Part shown: in pieces, positions 17,773 to 25,991 of the stretch
How the letters are laid out: each line of letters opens with the position of its first letter
Numbering within the stretch: position 1 is the first letter of the stretch
Source of the DNA: Flavobacteriaceae bacterium
GTDB taxonomy: Bacteria > Bacteroidota > Bacteroidia > Flavobacteriales > Flavobacteriaceae
DNA: 32,000 nt
Assembly: GCA_965224465.1 (NCBI GenBank)
Contig: OZ245049.1
Location: 4,920,001 to 4,952,000, forward strand
Reading direction: 5' to 3'
Made by a program: the position numbers and the translations under genes
Notes under the pieces: model-generated
Told to the model about the DNA's origin: nothing
What the model saw: the letters and a program-made list of their open reading frames with translations, nothing else
Databases searched by the model: none

Positions 17773-18237
17773 ATGAAAAAGATAATAGTATTTGTGCTTT
17801 TTGGACTGGTTTCTTGCACCGTAAGTGAAACACCAGAATTTGTTGGTTTAGAAGAAGTGAAACTTCAAAAATTTGACACTAAGGAAATTGAGGTTTTTGC
17901 AGAATTAAAATTTTTAAACCCAAATAGTTTAGGAGGGACCTTAAAATGTGATGGGATAGAAGTAAGTGTGAATGGTCTGAATGTAGGAGTTATACGTTCT
18001 GAAGTTTTTGAGGTGCCTTCAAAAAAAGAATTTACAGTACCTTTAATTGCGAGGATTCCATATGATGAGTTGTTTAAATCGGATCGAAACAACCTGTTAA
18101 AAAACCTTTTAAATGTACTTCTTGATAAAAAAATCCATGTGAAGTATACAGGTGTCGTAACCTATAAACTGGGTGCATTTACCTATGATTATCCATTGAA
18201 TTATTCAGATACTATATCTTTTAAAACTAAAAAATAA
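17773..18237 (+). CDS. Lipoprotein, LEA type-2 (LEA14-like) fold candidate
   Basis: MKKIIVFVLFGLVSC is a lipobox signal. The body (VGLEEVKLQKFDTKEIEVFAELKFLNPNSLGGTLKCDGIEVSVNGLNVG...) resembles bacterial LEA_2 lipoproteins. The family call is from memory. Confidence 0.5.
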   Translation: MKKIIVFVLFGLVSCTVSETPEFVGLEEVKLQKFDTKEIEVFAELKFLNPNSLGGTLKCDGIEVSVNGLNVGVIRSEVFEVPSKKEFTVPLIARIPYDELFKSDRNNLLKNLLNVLLDKKIHVKYTGVVTYKLGAFTYDYPLNYSDTISFKTKK

Positions 18238-19286
18238 TGCAACATACTCAGTACATGCAACGCTGCATTCAGATTGCTAAAAACGGACTCGGAACAACCC
18301 GTCCAAATCCTATGGTGGGGAGTGTAATTGTATGTGAAGGTGTAATCATTGGCGAAGGATTTACAAGCCCTTATGGCGGTTCACATGCAGAGGTGAATGC
18401 GATTAATTCGGTAAAAAACAAGAAGTTACTTAAGAAGTCGACTATTTATGTAACCTTAGAGCCTTGTGCACATTATGGAAAAACACCTCCTTGTGCTCAT
18501 TTAATTGTATCGCAAGGGATTCCTAATGTGGTAATAGGAACTGTAGATCCGTTTAGTAAAGTGGCAGGAAAAGGCATTGAGATTCTAAAAAACGCTGGAT
18601 GTTCGGTGGTTTTAGGAGTTTTAGAGCAGGCGTGTAAACAACACCATAAGCGATTTTTGACATTTCATGGAAAACAGCGGCCGTTTGTTATATTGAAGTG
18701 GGCAGAAACCAAAGATGGATTTATAGATGTTTATAGAAAAGAAACAGATATTGTAAATGCCAAACCTACTTGGATAACAAATAGCTATGCACGTCAGTTT
18801 GTTCATAAATTACGAGCTGAAGAGCATGCTATTTTAGTGGGGACAAATACGGTGATAAATGATAATCCTAAATTAGACGTTCGCAATTGGGAGGGAGAAA
18901 ACCCTGTACGGATTGTTTTAGATAGGTCTTTGAGAGTCCCATCTAATTATGCTGTATTTGATGGTTCGGTAAAAACAATTGTTTTTACTGAGCAAAGCAT
19001 TAAAGACAGTGATACTGTTTTTTATAAAAAGATTGATTTTTCTAAGGATTTGGCATATGAAGTTTGCAGCGTGCTTTATCTAGAAAACATTCAATCTGTA
19101 ATTATTGAAGGGGGAAAAACCACCTTAGAAAGTTTTATTGAAGCTAATATTTGGGACGAAGCATTTGTATTTGTAGGGGATACTTATTTCGAAAAAGGTT
19201 TGATAGCTCCAGTGTTAACAGGAAAATTATTCGACGAAATTACTTTCGGAACGGATGTTCTTAAAAAGTACTTAAACCAATGTTAG
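18237..19286 (+). CDS. ribD: Bifunctional riboflavin biosynthesis protein RibD (pyrimidine deaminase / uracil reductase)
   Basis: 349 aa with the CMP/dCMP deaminase zinc motifs HAEVNAI and TLEPCAHYGKTPPCA, plus a C-terminal RibD reductase domain. The start overlaps the upstream stop as TAATG. Confidence 0.9.
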   Translation: MQHTQYMQRCIQIAKNGLGTTRPNPMVGSVIVCEGVIIGEGFTSPYGGSHAEVNAINSVKNKKLLKKSTIYVTLEPCAHYGKTPPCAHLIVSQGIPNVVIGTVDPFSKVAGKGIEILKNAGCSVVLGVLEQACKQHHKRFLTFHGKQRPFVILKWAETKDGFIDVYRKETDIVNAKPTWITNSYARQFVHKLRAEEHAILVGTNTVINDNPKLDVRNWEGENPVRIVLDRSLRVPSNYAVFDGSVKTIVFTEQSIKDSDTVFYKKIDFSKDLAYEVCSVLYLENIQSVIIEGGKTTLESFIEANIWDEAFVFVGDTYFEKGLIAPVLTGKLFDEITFGTDVLKKYLNQC

Positions 19287-20149
19287 ATTTGATGTTTTCT
19301 GTGTTGTTAACAGGGTTTATTTTTTTGGTATTTAAAGGATTCGAAAAATATGAAATCGATAATTTACAAGCGATAATCGTAAACTATGTTGTTGCTTTTT
19401 CTATAGGATTTATGTTGTCTAAAAGTGATGTTCGTTTTCAGGAAATACCTGATCAATCATGGTTTTTAGGCGTAATTTTCTTAGGTGTTCTGTTTGTTTC
19501 TGTATTTAATTTACTGGCTTTAACAACGCAGAAATATGGATTTTCGATAGTTTCTGTTGCTTCAAAAATGAGTTTGGTGATCCCCGTACTTTTTGCTGTG
19601 TATATGTATGGAGACGTTTTGGATACGGCAAAAATAATAGGTCTTCTTTTTGCCCTATTAGCCGTGTATTTTATAACAAAAAAGAAATCTAAACAGCAGA
19701 AGTTTGATCGGAAACATATTTATTTTCCATTGCTATTGTTTATTGGGGCAGGAGTCTTGGACACTTTATTGAAATATATAGAAACTACGTATGTTTCTAC
19801 TTCCGAATTTGAATTGTATACTGCGAGTATCTTTATGATGGCGGGAGGGTTTGGTCTGTTTTTTCTGATGATTAAGCAGTTTTTTTTAAAACGTAGAAAA
19901 CCCTTGAGTTTTAAAACCATCATAGCCGGTATTGCTTTGGGAGTCCCAAATTATTTTTCCGTTTATTATTTATTAAAGGCGTTAAAAACTCAAGGGATTA
20001 GTAGTGCTGCTGTTTTTACAGTAAATAATGTTGCTGTTGTATTGTTGGCAACTATTATAGGCGTATTGTTTTTTAAAGAGCAACTTTCTAAAACCAATTG
20101 GTTAGGAGCATTGCTAGCTATTGTTGCTTTGTTGTTGTTTTATTTTTAG
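19280..20149 (+). CDS. DMT / EamA-family membrane transporter
   Basis: 289 aa with roughly 10 hydrophobic helices in two halves. It overlaps the ribD stop by 7 nt. Confidence 0.65.
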   Translation: MLDLMFSVLLTGFIFLVFKGFEKYEIDNLQAIIVNYVVAFSIGFMLSKSDVRFQEIPDQSWFLGVIFLGVLFVSVFNLLALTTQKYGFSIVSVASKMSLVIPVLFAVYMYGDVLDTAKIIGLLFALLAVYFITKKKSKQQKFDRKHIYFPLLLFIGAGVLDTLLKYIETTYVSTSEFELYTASIFMMAGGFGLFFLMIKQFFLKRRKPLSFKTIIAGIALGVPNYFSVYYLLKALKTQGISSAAVFTVNNVAVVLLATIIGVLFFKEQLSKTNWLGALLAIVALLLFYF

Positions 20150-21200
20150 GGAATTCAGTTTTTTCAAAGAGTTCAATGCGAGATTCACCGTTAGATTTTT
20201 TATAGGCTCTAAACATACCAGTAGTATTGAAATCCCAATATACATCTCCTTTGCTGTCTATTAAGATCATTCCTCCAGATCCACCTAATGGTTCTATCTG
20301 ATTGAATAGTACATCGTGTAAGGCTTGTTTTGGAGTGTTGTTCGTGTATTTTAAGATGGATGAAACTTCATGAGCAGCAACCGTTCGTATAAAATACTCT
20401 CCAGTTCCTGTACTAGAAATTCCACACGTATTATTATTAGCATACGTTCCTGCTCCTATTATAGGAGAGTCTCCTATGCGTCCGTATTTTTTATTGGTCA
20501 TTCCTCCGGTGGATGTTCCTGCCGCTATTGTCCCATTTTTATCTATTGCTACAGCTCCTACAGTACCGTATTTGTGATCGTCTATTAAGGAGTTCTTTAT
20601 AAGGTAGGCAGTATGGTCTAGTGTAATGGTGTCTTTTCCTTGTGTCTTTCTGAGTTGTTTGAGTCGTTTTTCAGTAAAAAAGTAGGAGGATGGCACCATT
20701 TTAGCACCGTATTTCTTTACTAAAATTTCAGCACCTTTTCCCGATAAAAGAACATGTTTAGAACTATCAAGTACTATGTTTGCCGCAGTAATTGGGTTTT
20801 TTATATGGTTTACTCCAGCTACGGCACCCGTATTTAAGGTTTTTCCATTCATAATTGAAGCATCCATTTCTTGGTTTCCTTCACTGTTAAATACAGCACC
20901 TTTCCCTGCATTGAACAAAGGTGAATCTTCTAAGATGTTGATGGCTGCTTGGACGGCATTTATAGAAGAACCATTGTTTTGTAATACGAGATAACCTGCA
21001 TTCAGAGATTCTTCCAATTTGTCTTTATAGGCTGTTTCTTGCTCTTTGGAAAAGTAAGCACGTTTAATACCTCCTGCACCTCCGTGAATTACGATGGAAA
21101 ATTGAGAAGAAGGACTTTGTTCTGTTTTAGCGTTTTTTGCGTCTTTAGTGCAACTAGTACATAATAGGATACTAAGTACGAACAGGGGAAATTTATTCAT
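20118..21200 (-). CDS. iaaA: Isoaspartyl peptidase / L-asparaginase (Ntn hydrolase), lipoprotein
   Basis: Autoprocessing and active-site block HKYGTVGAVAIDKNGTIAAGTSTGGMTNKKYGRIGDSPIIGAGTYA. I prefer the ATG at 21200 (MNKFPLFVLSILLCTSC lipobox). The track start at 21221 is a TTG that overlaps the candidate -7 box. Confidence 0.85.
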   Translation of the reverse strand: MNKFPLFVLSILLCTSCTKDAKNAKTEQSPSSQFSIVIHGGAGGIKRAYFSKEQETAYKDKLEESLNAGYLVLQNNGSSINAVQAAINILEDSPLFNAGKGAVFNSEGNQEMDASIMNGKTLNTGAVAGVNHIKNPITAANIVLDSSKHVLLSGKGAEILVKKYGAKMVPSSYFFTEKRLKQLRKTQGKDTITLDHTAYLIKNSLIDDHKYGTVGAVAIDKNGTIAAGTSTGGMTNKKYGRIGDSPIIGAGTYANNNTCGISSTGTGEYFIRTVAAHEVSSILKYTNNTPKQALHDVLFNQIEPLGGSGGMILIDSKGDVYWDFNTTGMFRAYKKSNGESRIELFEKTEFPKNKTTTKQQ

Positions 21201-21218
21201 TTGTTTTTGATTTAAGCT

Positions 21219-21226
21219 CAAATATA
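21219..21226 (-). promoter_or_regulatory. Candidate -7 box (TATATTTG) for iaaA
   Basis: Plus-strand caaatata at 21219-21226 is TATATTTG on the minus strand, 18 nt upstream of the ATG at 21200. Confidence 0.4.
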
Positions 21227-21245
21227 TTTAATAAATGTTAATTTA

Positions 21246-21899
21246 TTGAGGTTCACGCTATATATTTGCAGCAAAACTCAAGGTATCGAAATAAAAGACA
21301 CATACAGAACCGTTGTAAAACGAAGTCAAGGAGAAGTGCACAAAGTGAAAGGCAGCAAGTTTATAGGAATTGTCTTCCCTGTAGCGGATGAAGATGATGT
21401 AAAGCGTTGTTTATCTGAAGTTAAGAAAGAATTCTACGATGCGCGTCATTGGTGTTATGCTTGGCGCTTAGGAACGGAAACATTCAGGTTTCGTGCAAAT
21501 GATGATGGCGAACCAAGTAATTCTGCAGGTCAACCAATTTATGGACAGATTTTATCACAAGATGTTACCAATGTTTTAATTGTAGTCGTTCGTTATTTTG
21601 GCGGTGTAAAATTAGGTGTAGGAGGTTTAGTATCAGCATATAAGATAGGTGCTCAGCTGGCGTTAGAAGCATCAGGAATTGTTCAGAAAACAATCTGTAT
21701 TCGTTTTGAGCTTGTGTTTGATTACCCACATATGAATAAAGTGATGCGGATAATCAAAGAAAACAAGCTAAAAATCTGCACTCAAAAAATGGAGTTGAAC
21801 TGTGAATATATTATCTCTGTTAGGAAGAGTGAGGCAGCGAAAATACTTCGATTGTACGCCGATTTAAGATGCCTTTCAATCAAGGAAATAGAAGACTAA
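21246..21899 (+). CDS. yigZ: YigZ / IMPACT-family (UPF0029) protein; start codon uncertain
   Basis: KGSKFIGIVFPV, ARHWCYAWRLG, DDGEPSNSAGQPI and VVVRYFGGVKLGVGGLVSAYK match the YigZ core. The only canonical in-frame start upstream of the core is the TTG at 21246, and there is no ATG. Confidence 0.8.
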   Translation: MRFTLYICSKTQGIEIKDTYRTVVKRSQGEVHKVKGSKFIGIVFPVADEDDVKRCLSEVKKEFYDARHWCYAWRLGTETFRFRANDDGEPSNSAGQPIYGQILSQDVTNVLIVVVRYFGGVKLGVGGLVSAYKIGAQLALEASGIVQKTICIRFELVFDYPHMNKVMRIIKENKLKICTQKMELNCEYIISVRKSEAAKILRLYADLRCLSIKEIED

Positions 21900-22294
21900 A
21901 AGCATGTTAATTTTTGCATAAAATATGCAGGTATTCTGCATGGTTTATTTTTTTTAATATCGATAAAAACAAGGGTGCTTTCTCCTGTCGTTAATAGTTC
22001 CTTTTGTTGGTTAAATATCTCGTATTGAAAGACAATTCGTGCCGTTGGTTTAGATTTCAATGTCGTTTTTAATGTAAGAAGGTCGTCGTATTTTGCTGGT
22101 TTTAAGTAGTTTATATTTAGGTTAATTACGGGCAGCATAATTCCATCATTTTCCATCTTTTTATAAGAGATATTTAAATTACGAAGCCATTCGATGCGTC
22201 CCATCTCAAAATATTGGGCATAATTACCATGATATGCATAAGACATTTGGTCCGTTTCACTATAACGAATTCTGAATTGAATTGTGTGTGTCAT
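21896..22294 (-). CDS. Acyl-CoA thioesterase, 4HBT / YbgC family
   Basis: 132 aa. IRYSETDQMSYAYHGNYAQYFEMGRIEWLR is the hotdog-fold YbgC-type N-terminal motif. Confidence 0.8.
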   Translation of the reverse strand: MTHTIQFRIRYSETDQMSYAYHGNYAQYFEMGRIEWLRNLNISYKKMENDGIMLPVINLNINYLKPAKYDDLLTLKTTLKSKPTARIVFQYEIFNQQKELLTTGESTLVFIDIKKNKPCRIPAYFMQKLTCF

Positions 22295-22385
22295 TCTTTA
22301 ATAAATTAGATTAAAAATTGTGCTCTTTATCTTACGCAAAAAATAGTTAATAATCAATAGTAAAAACATTTTTTTATACTGAAAA

Positions 22386-22394
22386 TTATTCACA
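22386..22394 (+). promoter_or_regulatory. Single DnaA-box-like 9-mer (TTATTCACA, fitting TTATNCACA) upstream of dnaA
   Basis: Read directly at 22386-22394, 78 nt upstream of the dnaA ATG. No other close matches were seen in the flanking spacers. Confidence 0.35.
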
Positions 22395-22471
22395 CTTTTG
22401 TATGACCATGACCCGTAGAGGAAACTCTATGAATTTCAGCTAATTAAATAAATTAAACGCTACACAATAGA

Positions 22472-23899
22472 ATGAGTAAAACTGCAGCATCAGTTTGGCA
22501 GGAATGCCTATATTTTATATCGGATAATATCAAGCCTCAAGCGTACAAAACTTGGTTTGAACCGATACTCCCGATTAAATTGACGGGCGAAGCACTTACA
22601 GTTCAAGTGCCGAGCAAGTTTTTTTATGAATGGTTAGAAGAGCACTACATTAAATTGTTAAGAGTTGCTTTAGTAAAACAACTAGGAGAAGATGCTAAGT
22701 TGATTTACGATGTACGTATGGAGAATACGTATAGTAATATTAAACCTCGAACAGTTAAAATTCCAAGTTCAAACAGGAATCCTATCAATCCTCAGGGAAT
22801 GGCAGTGGCTGCAGAGTTCAATAAAAGAGAATTACGGAATCCTTTTGTAATCCCAGGGATTCAAAAAGTGAAAATTGAGTCTCAATTAAATCCAAATTAT
22901 AATTTTGATAGTTTTATAGAAGGAGATGCCAATAGGTTGGCAAGATCAGCAAGTATGGCTGTAGCAAATAAACCAGGAGGAACTTCTTTTAATCCTTTAT
23001 TAATTTACGGAGGTGTAGGTTTAGGTAAAACACATTTAGCCCACGCTATTGGTGTTGAGATTAAAGATAAGTATCCAGATAAAACGGTATTGTATATTTC
23101 ATCTGAGAAATTTACACAGCAATATATAGATTCGGTAAAAGGAAATACAAGAAATGATTTTATTCATTTTTACCAAATGATAGATGTATTGATTATTGAT
23201 GATGTTCAGTTTTTATCAGGTAAAACAGGTACACAAGATGTGTTTTTCCATATTTTCAATCATTTACACCAAAATGGAAAACAGGTGATTTTGACTTCGG
23301 ACAAAGCGCCCGTAGACATGCAGGATATTGAACAACGATTGTTGTCTCGTTTTAAATGGGGCTTGTCTGCAGAACTGCAAGCACCTCATTATGAAACACG
23401 TGTTGCAATACTTCAAAATAAATTGTTTCGAGATGGTGTGGAAATGCCAGAAGAAATTGTTGAGTACATCGCCAAAAATATTACCTCCAATGTACGTGAG
23501 TTAGAGGGCGTTCTTATTTCTATGATTGCACAGGCTTCTTTTAATCGCAAAGAATTTACCTTGGCATTGACAAAACAAATTGTAGATAAATTTGTTAAGA
23601 ACACAAAACGAGAAGTTTCTATTGATTATATTCAAAAAGTAGTTTCTAATTATTTTGACTTAGATGTAGCTACGTTGCAATCTAAAACTAGAAAACGACA
23701 TATTGTTCAAGCGCGCCAATTGGCAATGTTTTTTGCAAAACGTATGACAAAAGCGTCTTTGGCTAATATTGGAGCTCAAATTGGAAAACGTGATCACGCC
23801 ACAGTATTACACGCTTGTAAAACTGTCGATAACCTTTCTGAAACAGATAAACAGTTTAGAAAATATGTAGATGACTTGAGAAAGAAATTAACTTTTTAA
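22472..23899 (+). CDS. dnaA: Chromosomal replication initiator protein DnaA
   Basis: 475 aa with Walker A GGVGLGKTHL, box VII and sensor regions, and the C-terminal DNA-binding helix-turn-helix RQLAMFFAKRMT...IGAQIGKRDHATVLHA. Confidence 0.97.
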   Translation: MSKTAASVWQECLYFISDNIKPQAYKTWFEPILPIKLTGEALTVQVPSKFFYEWLEEHYIKLLRVALVKQLGEDAKLIYDVRMENTYSNIKPRTVKIPSSNRNPINPQGMAVAAEFNKRELRNPFVIPGIQKVKIESQLNPNYNFDSFIEGDANRLARSASMAVANKPGGTSFNPLLIYGGVGLGKTHLAHAIGVEIKDKYPDKTVLYISSEKFTQQYIDSVKGNTRNDFIHFYQMIDVLIIDDVQFLSGKTGTQDVFFHIFNHLHQNGKQVILTSDKAPVDMQDIEQRLLSRFKWGLSAELQAPHYETRVAILQNKLFRDGVEMPEEIVEYIAKNITSNVRELEGVLISMIAQASFNRKEFTLALTKQIVDKFVKNTKREVSIDYIQKVVSNYFDLDVATLQSKTRKRHIVQARQLAMFFAKRMTKASLANIGAQIGKRDHATVLHACKTVDNLSETDKQFRKYVDDLRKKLTF

Positions 23900-23926
23900 A
23901 ATAAGATCTCTTGTAAAATAATATCA

Positions 23927-23962
23927 AAACGAATGTGGCTTTTAAAAGTTACATTCGTTTTT
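23927..23962 (+). terminator. Rho-independent terminator after dnaA
   Basis: AAACGAATGT (23927-23936) pairs with ACATTCGTTT (23951-23960), followed by extra Ts. It starts 28 nt after the dnaA stop. Confidence 0.7.
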
Positions 23963-23985
23963 AAATTTAATTCAAATTTATAGGA

Positions 23986-24444
23986 ATGGTAAATATATTG
24001 ATGGTTTGTTTGGGGAATATTTGTAGGTCACCATTGGCGGAAGGGATTTTAAAATCTAAAGTTAATCACCGTAAAGTAAGCGTAGATTCTGCGGGTACAG
24101 CTGCCTACCATATTGGGAAAGGACCTGACCCAAGATCAGTGAAGGTAGCAAAAGAACACGGACTTAATATAAGCAAACAAAAAGCACGTCAATTCAATAC
24201 TTCCGATTTTAATAATTTTGATTTTATCTATGTAATGGATCAATCAAATTTTGAGGACGTTGTATCTTTGGCTGCTACAGAAGAGGAAATAAATAAGGTG
24301 AAATTAATTTTAAACGAAATTTCTCCCACAACAAATAGCGAGGTTCCAGATCCATATTATGGAGGGGAACATGGTTTTAAAAACGTATATGACATGTTAG
24401 ATCTAGCCTGTGATAGTATCAATAAAAAGTTAAGTTATGAGTAG
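23986..24444 (+). CDS. Low-molecular-weight protein-tyrosine phosphatase
   Basis: 152 aa with the CLGNICRSP P-loop (C-X5-R-S) at the N-terminus and DPYYG near the C-terminus. Confidence 0.9.
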   Translation: MVNILMVCLGNICRSPLAEGILKSKVNHRKVSVDSAGTAAYHIGKGPDPRSVKVAKEHGLNISKQKARQFNTSDFNNFDFIYVMDQSNFEDVVSLAATEEEINKVKLILNEISPTTNSEVPDPYYGGEHGFKNVYDMLDLACDSINKKLSYE

Positions 24445-25150
24445 TATTGGAAAGTTGTATTTGATCCCTACGATGTTGGGAGATTCAGAACCATTAGAAG
24501 TATTGCCGCTATCGGTTAAAAAAGTGATCGAAGAGTTGGATTATTTTATTGTTGAAAATGATAGAAGTGCTCGTAAATTCATCAAACGAATTAGCCCTAG
24601 AAAGTCACAACCATCTTTAAAGCTTTTTCTTTTAGATAAGTATGCGGATGAAATAGAAGTTAGACGCTATTTAGACGTTTGTGCAGAAGGGATTTCTGTG
24701 GGGGTATTGTCTGAAGCTGGTGTGCCTGCTATTGCGGACCCTGGTGCGTTTATCGTAAAAATGGCACATGAGAAAGGAATACAAGTTGTGCCTTTGGTAG
24801 GGCCTTCTTCTATTTTATTGGCGATGATGGCGTCTGGATTAAATGGGCAAAACTTCGCATTTAATGGCTATTTACCAATTGATGTATCTGAACGTAAAAA
24901 AATGATAAAACACTTAGAGCGGTTCTCTAAAGAAAATAATCAATCTCAAATTTTTATTGAAACACCGTATCGTAACGATAAAATGTTTACAGATTTAAAG
25001 ACGATCCTAACACCAGGGACAGATTTATGCATCGCATGTGATATTACATTGAGTACCGAGTATATAAAAACACATACCATCCAAGAATGGAAAAAACACA
25101 AACCTAGTTTGCATAAAAGACCTACGATTTTTATAATTCATAAACTTTAA
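24437..25150 (+). CDS. SAM-dependent methyltransferase, tetrapyrrole-methylase (RsmI-like) fold
   Basis: 237 aa. LYLIPTMLGD..., SEAGVPAIADPGAFIV and PLVGPSSILLAMMASGL are TP_methylase/RsmI-like blocks. It overlaps the PTP stop by 8 nt. Confidence 0.7.
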   Translation: MSSIGKLYLIPTMLGDSEPLEVLPLSVKKVIEELDYFIVENDRSARKFIKRISPRKSQPSLKLFLLDKYADEIEVRRYLDVCAEGISVGVLSEAGVPAIADPGAFIVKMAHEKGIQVVPLVGPSSILLAMMASGLNGQNFAFNGYLPIDVSERKKMIKHLERFSKENNQSQIFIETPYRNDKMFTDLKTILTPGTDLCIACDITLSTEYIKTHTIQEWKKHKPSLHKRPTIFIIHKL

Positions 25151-25229
25151 TCACTCTTGGCTGAGGTTTCCGAGGTTCATCCTCGCAATAAAGAAGTGTG
25201 CCTCGTACTCTTGGGGAGAGGCTGTTGAT

Positions 25230-25272
25230 AAAAAAAGGAGCTGTTATAATAAAATAACAGCTCCTTTTTTTT
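25230..25272. terminator. Bidirectional rho-independent terminator between the methyltransferase and the LytTR regulator
   Basis: GGAGCTGTTAT (25237-25247), loop aataaa, ATAACAGCTCC (25254-25264). The 11-bp perfect stem has an A7 run upstream and a T8 run downstream. Confidence 0.85.
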
Positions 25273-25286
25273 ATTTTAAGATACTT

Positions 25287-25991
25287 TTAAGTGTGTAGAA
25301 TACAGTGTTTTGCTTGGTCAATATAGGTGCGCCCAATGGTGTATCTAATGCCGCCAATTTCTACACTATTTCCTTCTAACATATCTATTTTATCTATGGC
25401 TATAGTGTAAGATCGATGAATTCGGATGAAGTTCTCTGAAGGTAAGTTTTCCGTAAAACTCTGAAGTGTTTGATGAATAATATACCTGCTAGTAAGTGTT
25501 ATTATTTTTAAATAATCCTTTAAGCTTTCAATGACAAGAATTTCGTCCAAGTATATTTTTTTCATTTTCTTTTTGTCTATTTTGACAAAGATATGAGGGC
25601 GATTATTGATGGATTGTTCTACGTGATTGATGTTGTTTCGAATGCTAAAAACTTTATTAATTGATTTAGCAAACCGGGGGAACCCAATAGGTTTTACTAA
25701 ATAATCTAGTAAATCTAATTCGTAAGCTTCAATGGCAAATTCGGTATGTGCTGTGGTGATTATTATTAAGGGTTTTTTAGTTAAACTTTTGATAAAACTT
25801 AAACCGTCGAGTAAGGGCATGTTAATATCTAGGAAAATCAAGTCTATCTCGTTATCTTTTAGGAAATTGAGTGCGTCTACGGCATTGTTGAAAGTTGTAA
25901 CCATCTCTATGTCAGTAAACTGAGATAAATGTCCTTTGATAACTTCAATAGCTAAAGGTTCATCGTCAATAATCAAGCATCTCGTCCTCAT
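25287..25991 (-). CDS. LytTR-family (LytR/AlgR) response regulator
   Basis: 234 aa with the receiver domain CLIIDDEPLA...DLIFLDINMP and a C-terminal LytTR DNA-binding domain (FIRIHRSYTIAIDKI). Its start overlaps the kinase stop as ATGA. Confidence 0.9.
   Translation of the reverse strand: MRTRCLIIDDEPLAIEVIKGHLSQFTDIEMVTTFNNAVDALNFLKDNEIDLIFLDINMPLLDGLSFIKSLTKKPLIIITTAHTEFAIEAYELDLLDYLVKPIGFPRFAKSINKVFSIRNNINHVEQSINNRPHIFVKIDKKKMKKIYLDEILVIESLKDYLKIITLTSRYIIHQTLQSFTENLPSENFIRIHRSYTIAIDKIDMLEGNSVEIGGIRYTIGRTYIDQAKHCILHT

Noticed and set aside
25151-25230. A relatively GC-rich 80-bp stretch after the methyltransferase gene, containing CGAGG-ttcat-CCTCG and a repeated actcttgg 8-mer. Considered as a possible tRNA fragment or small RNA.
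   Set aside because: The hairpin loop is 5 nt, not the 7-nt T-loop, and no acceptor or anticodon arms can be drawn. It is too short and isolated to call, and is probably just 3' UTR ahead of the strong terminator at 25230-25272.
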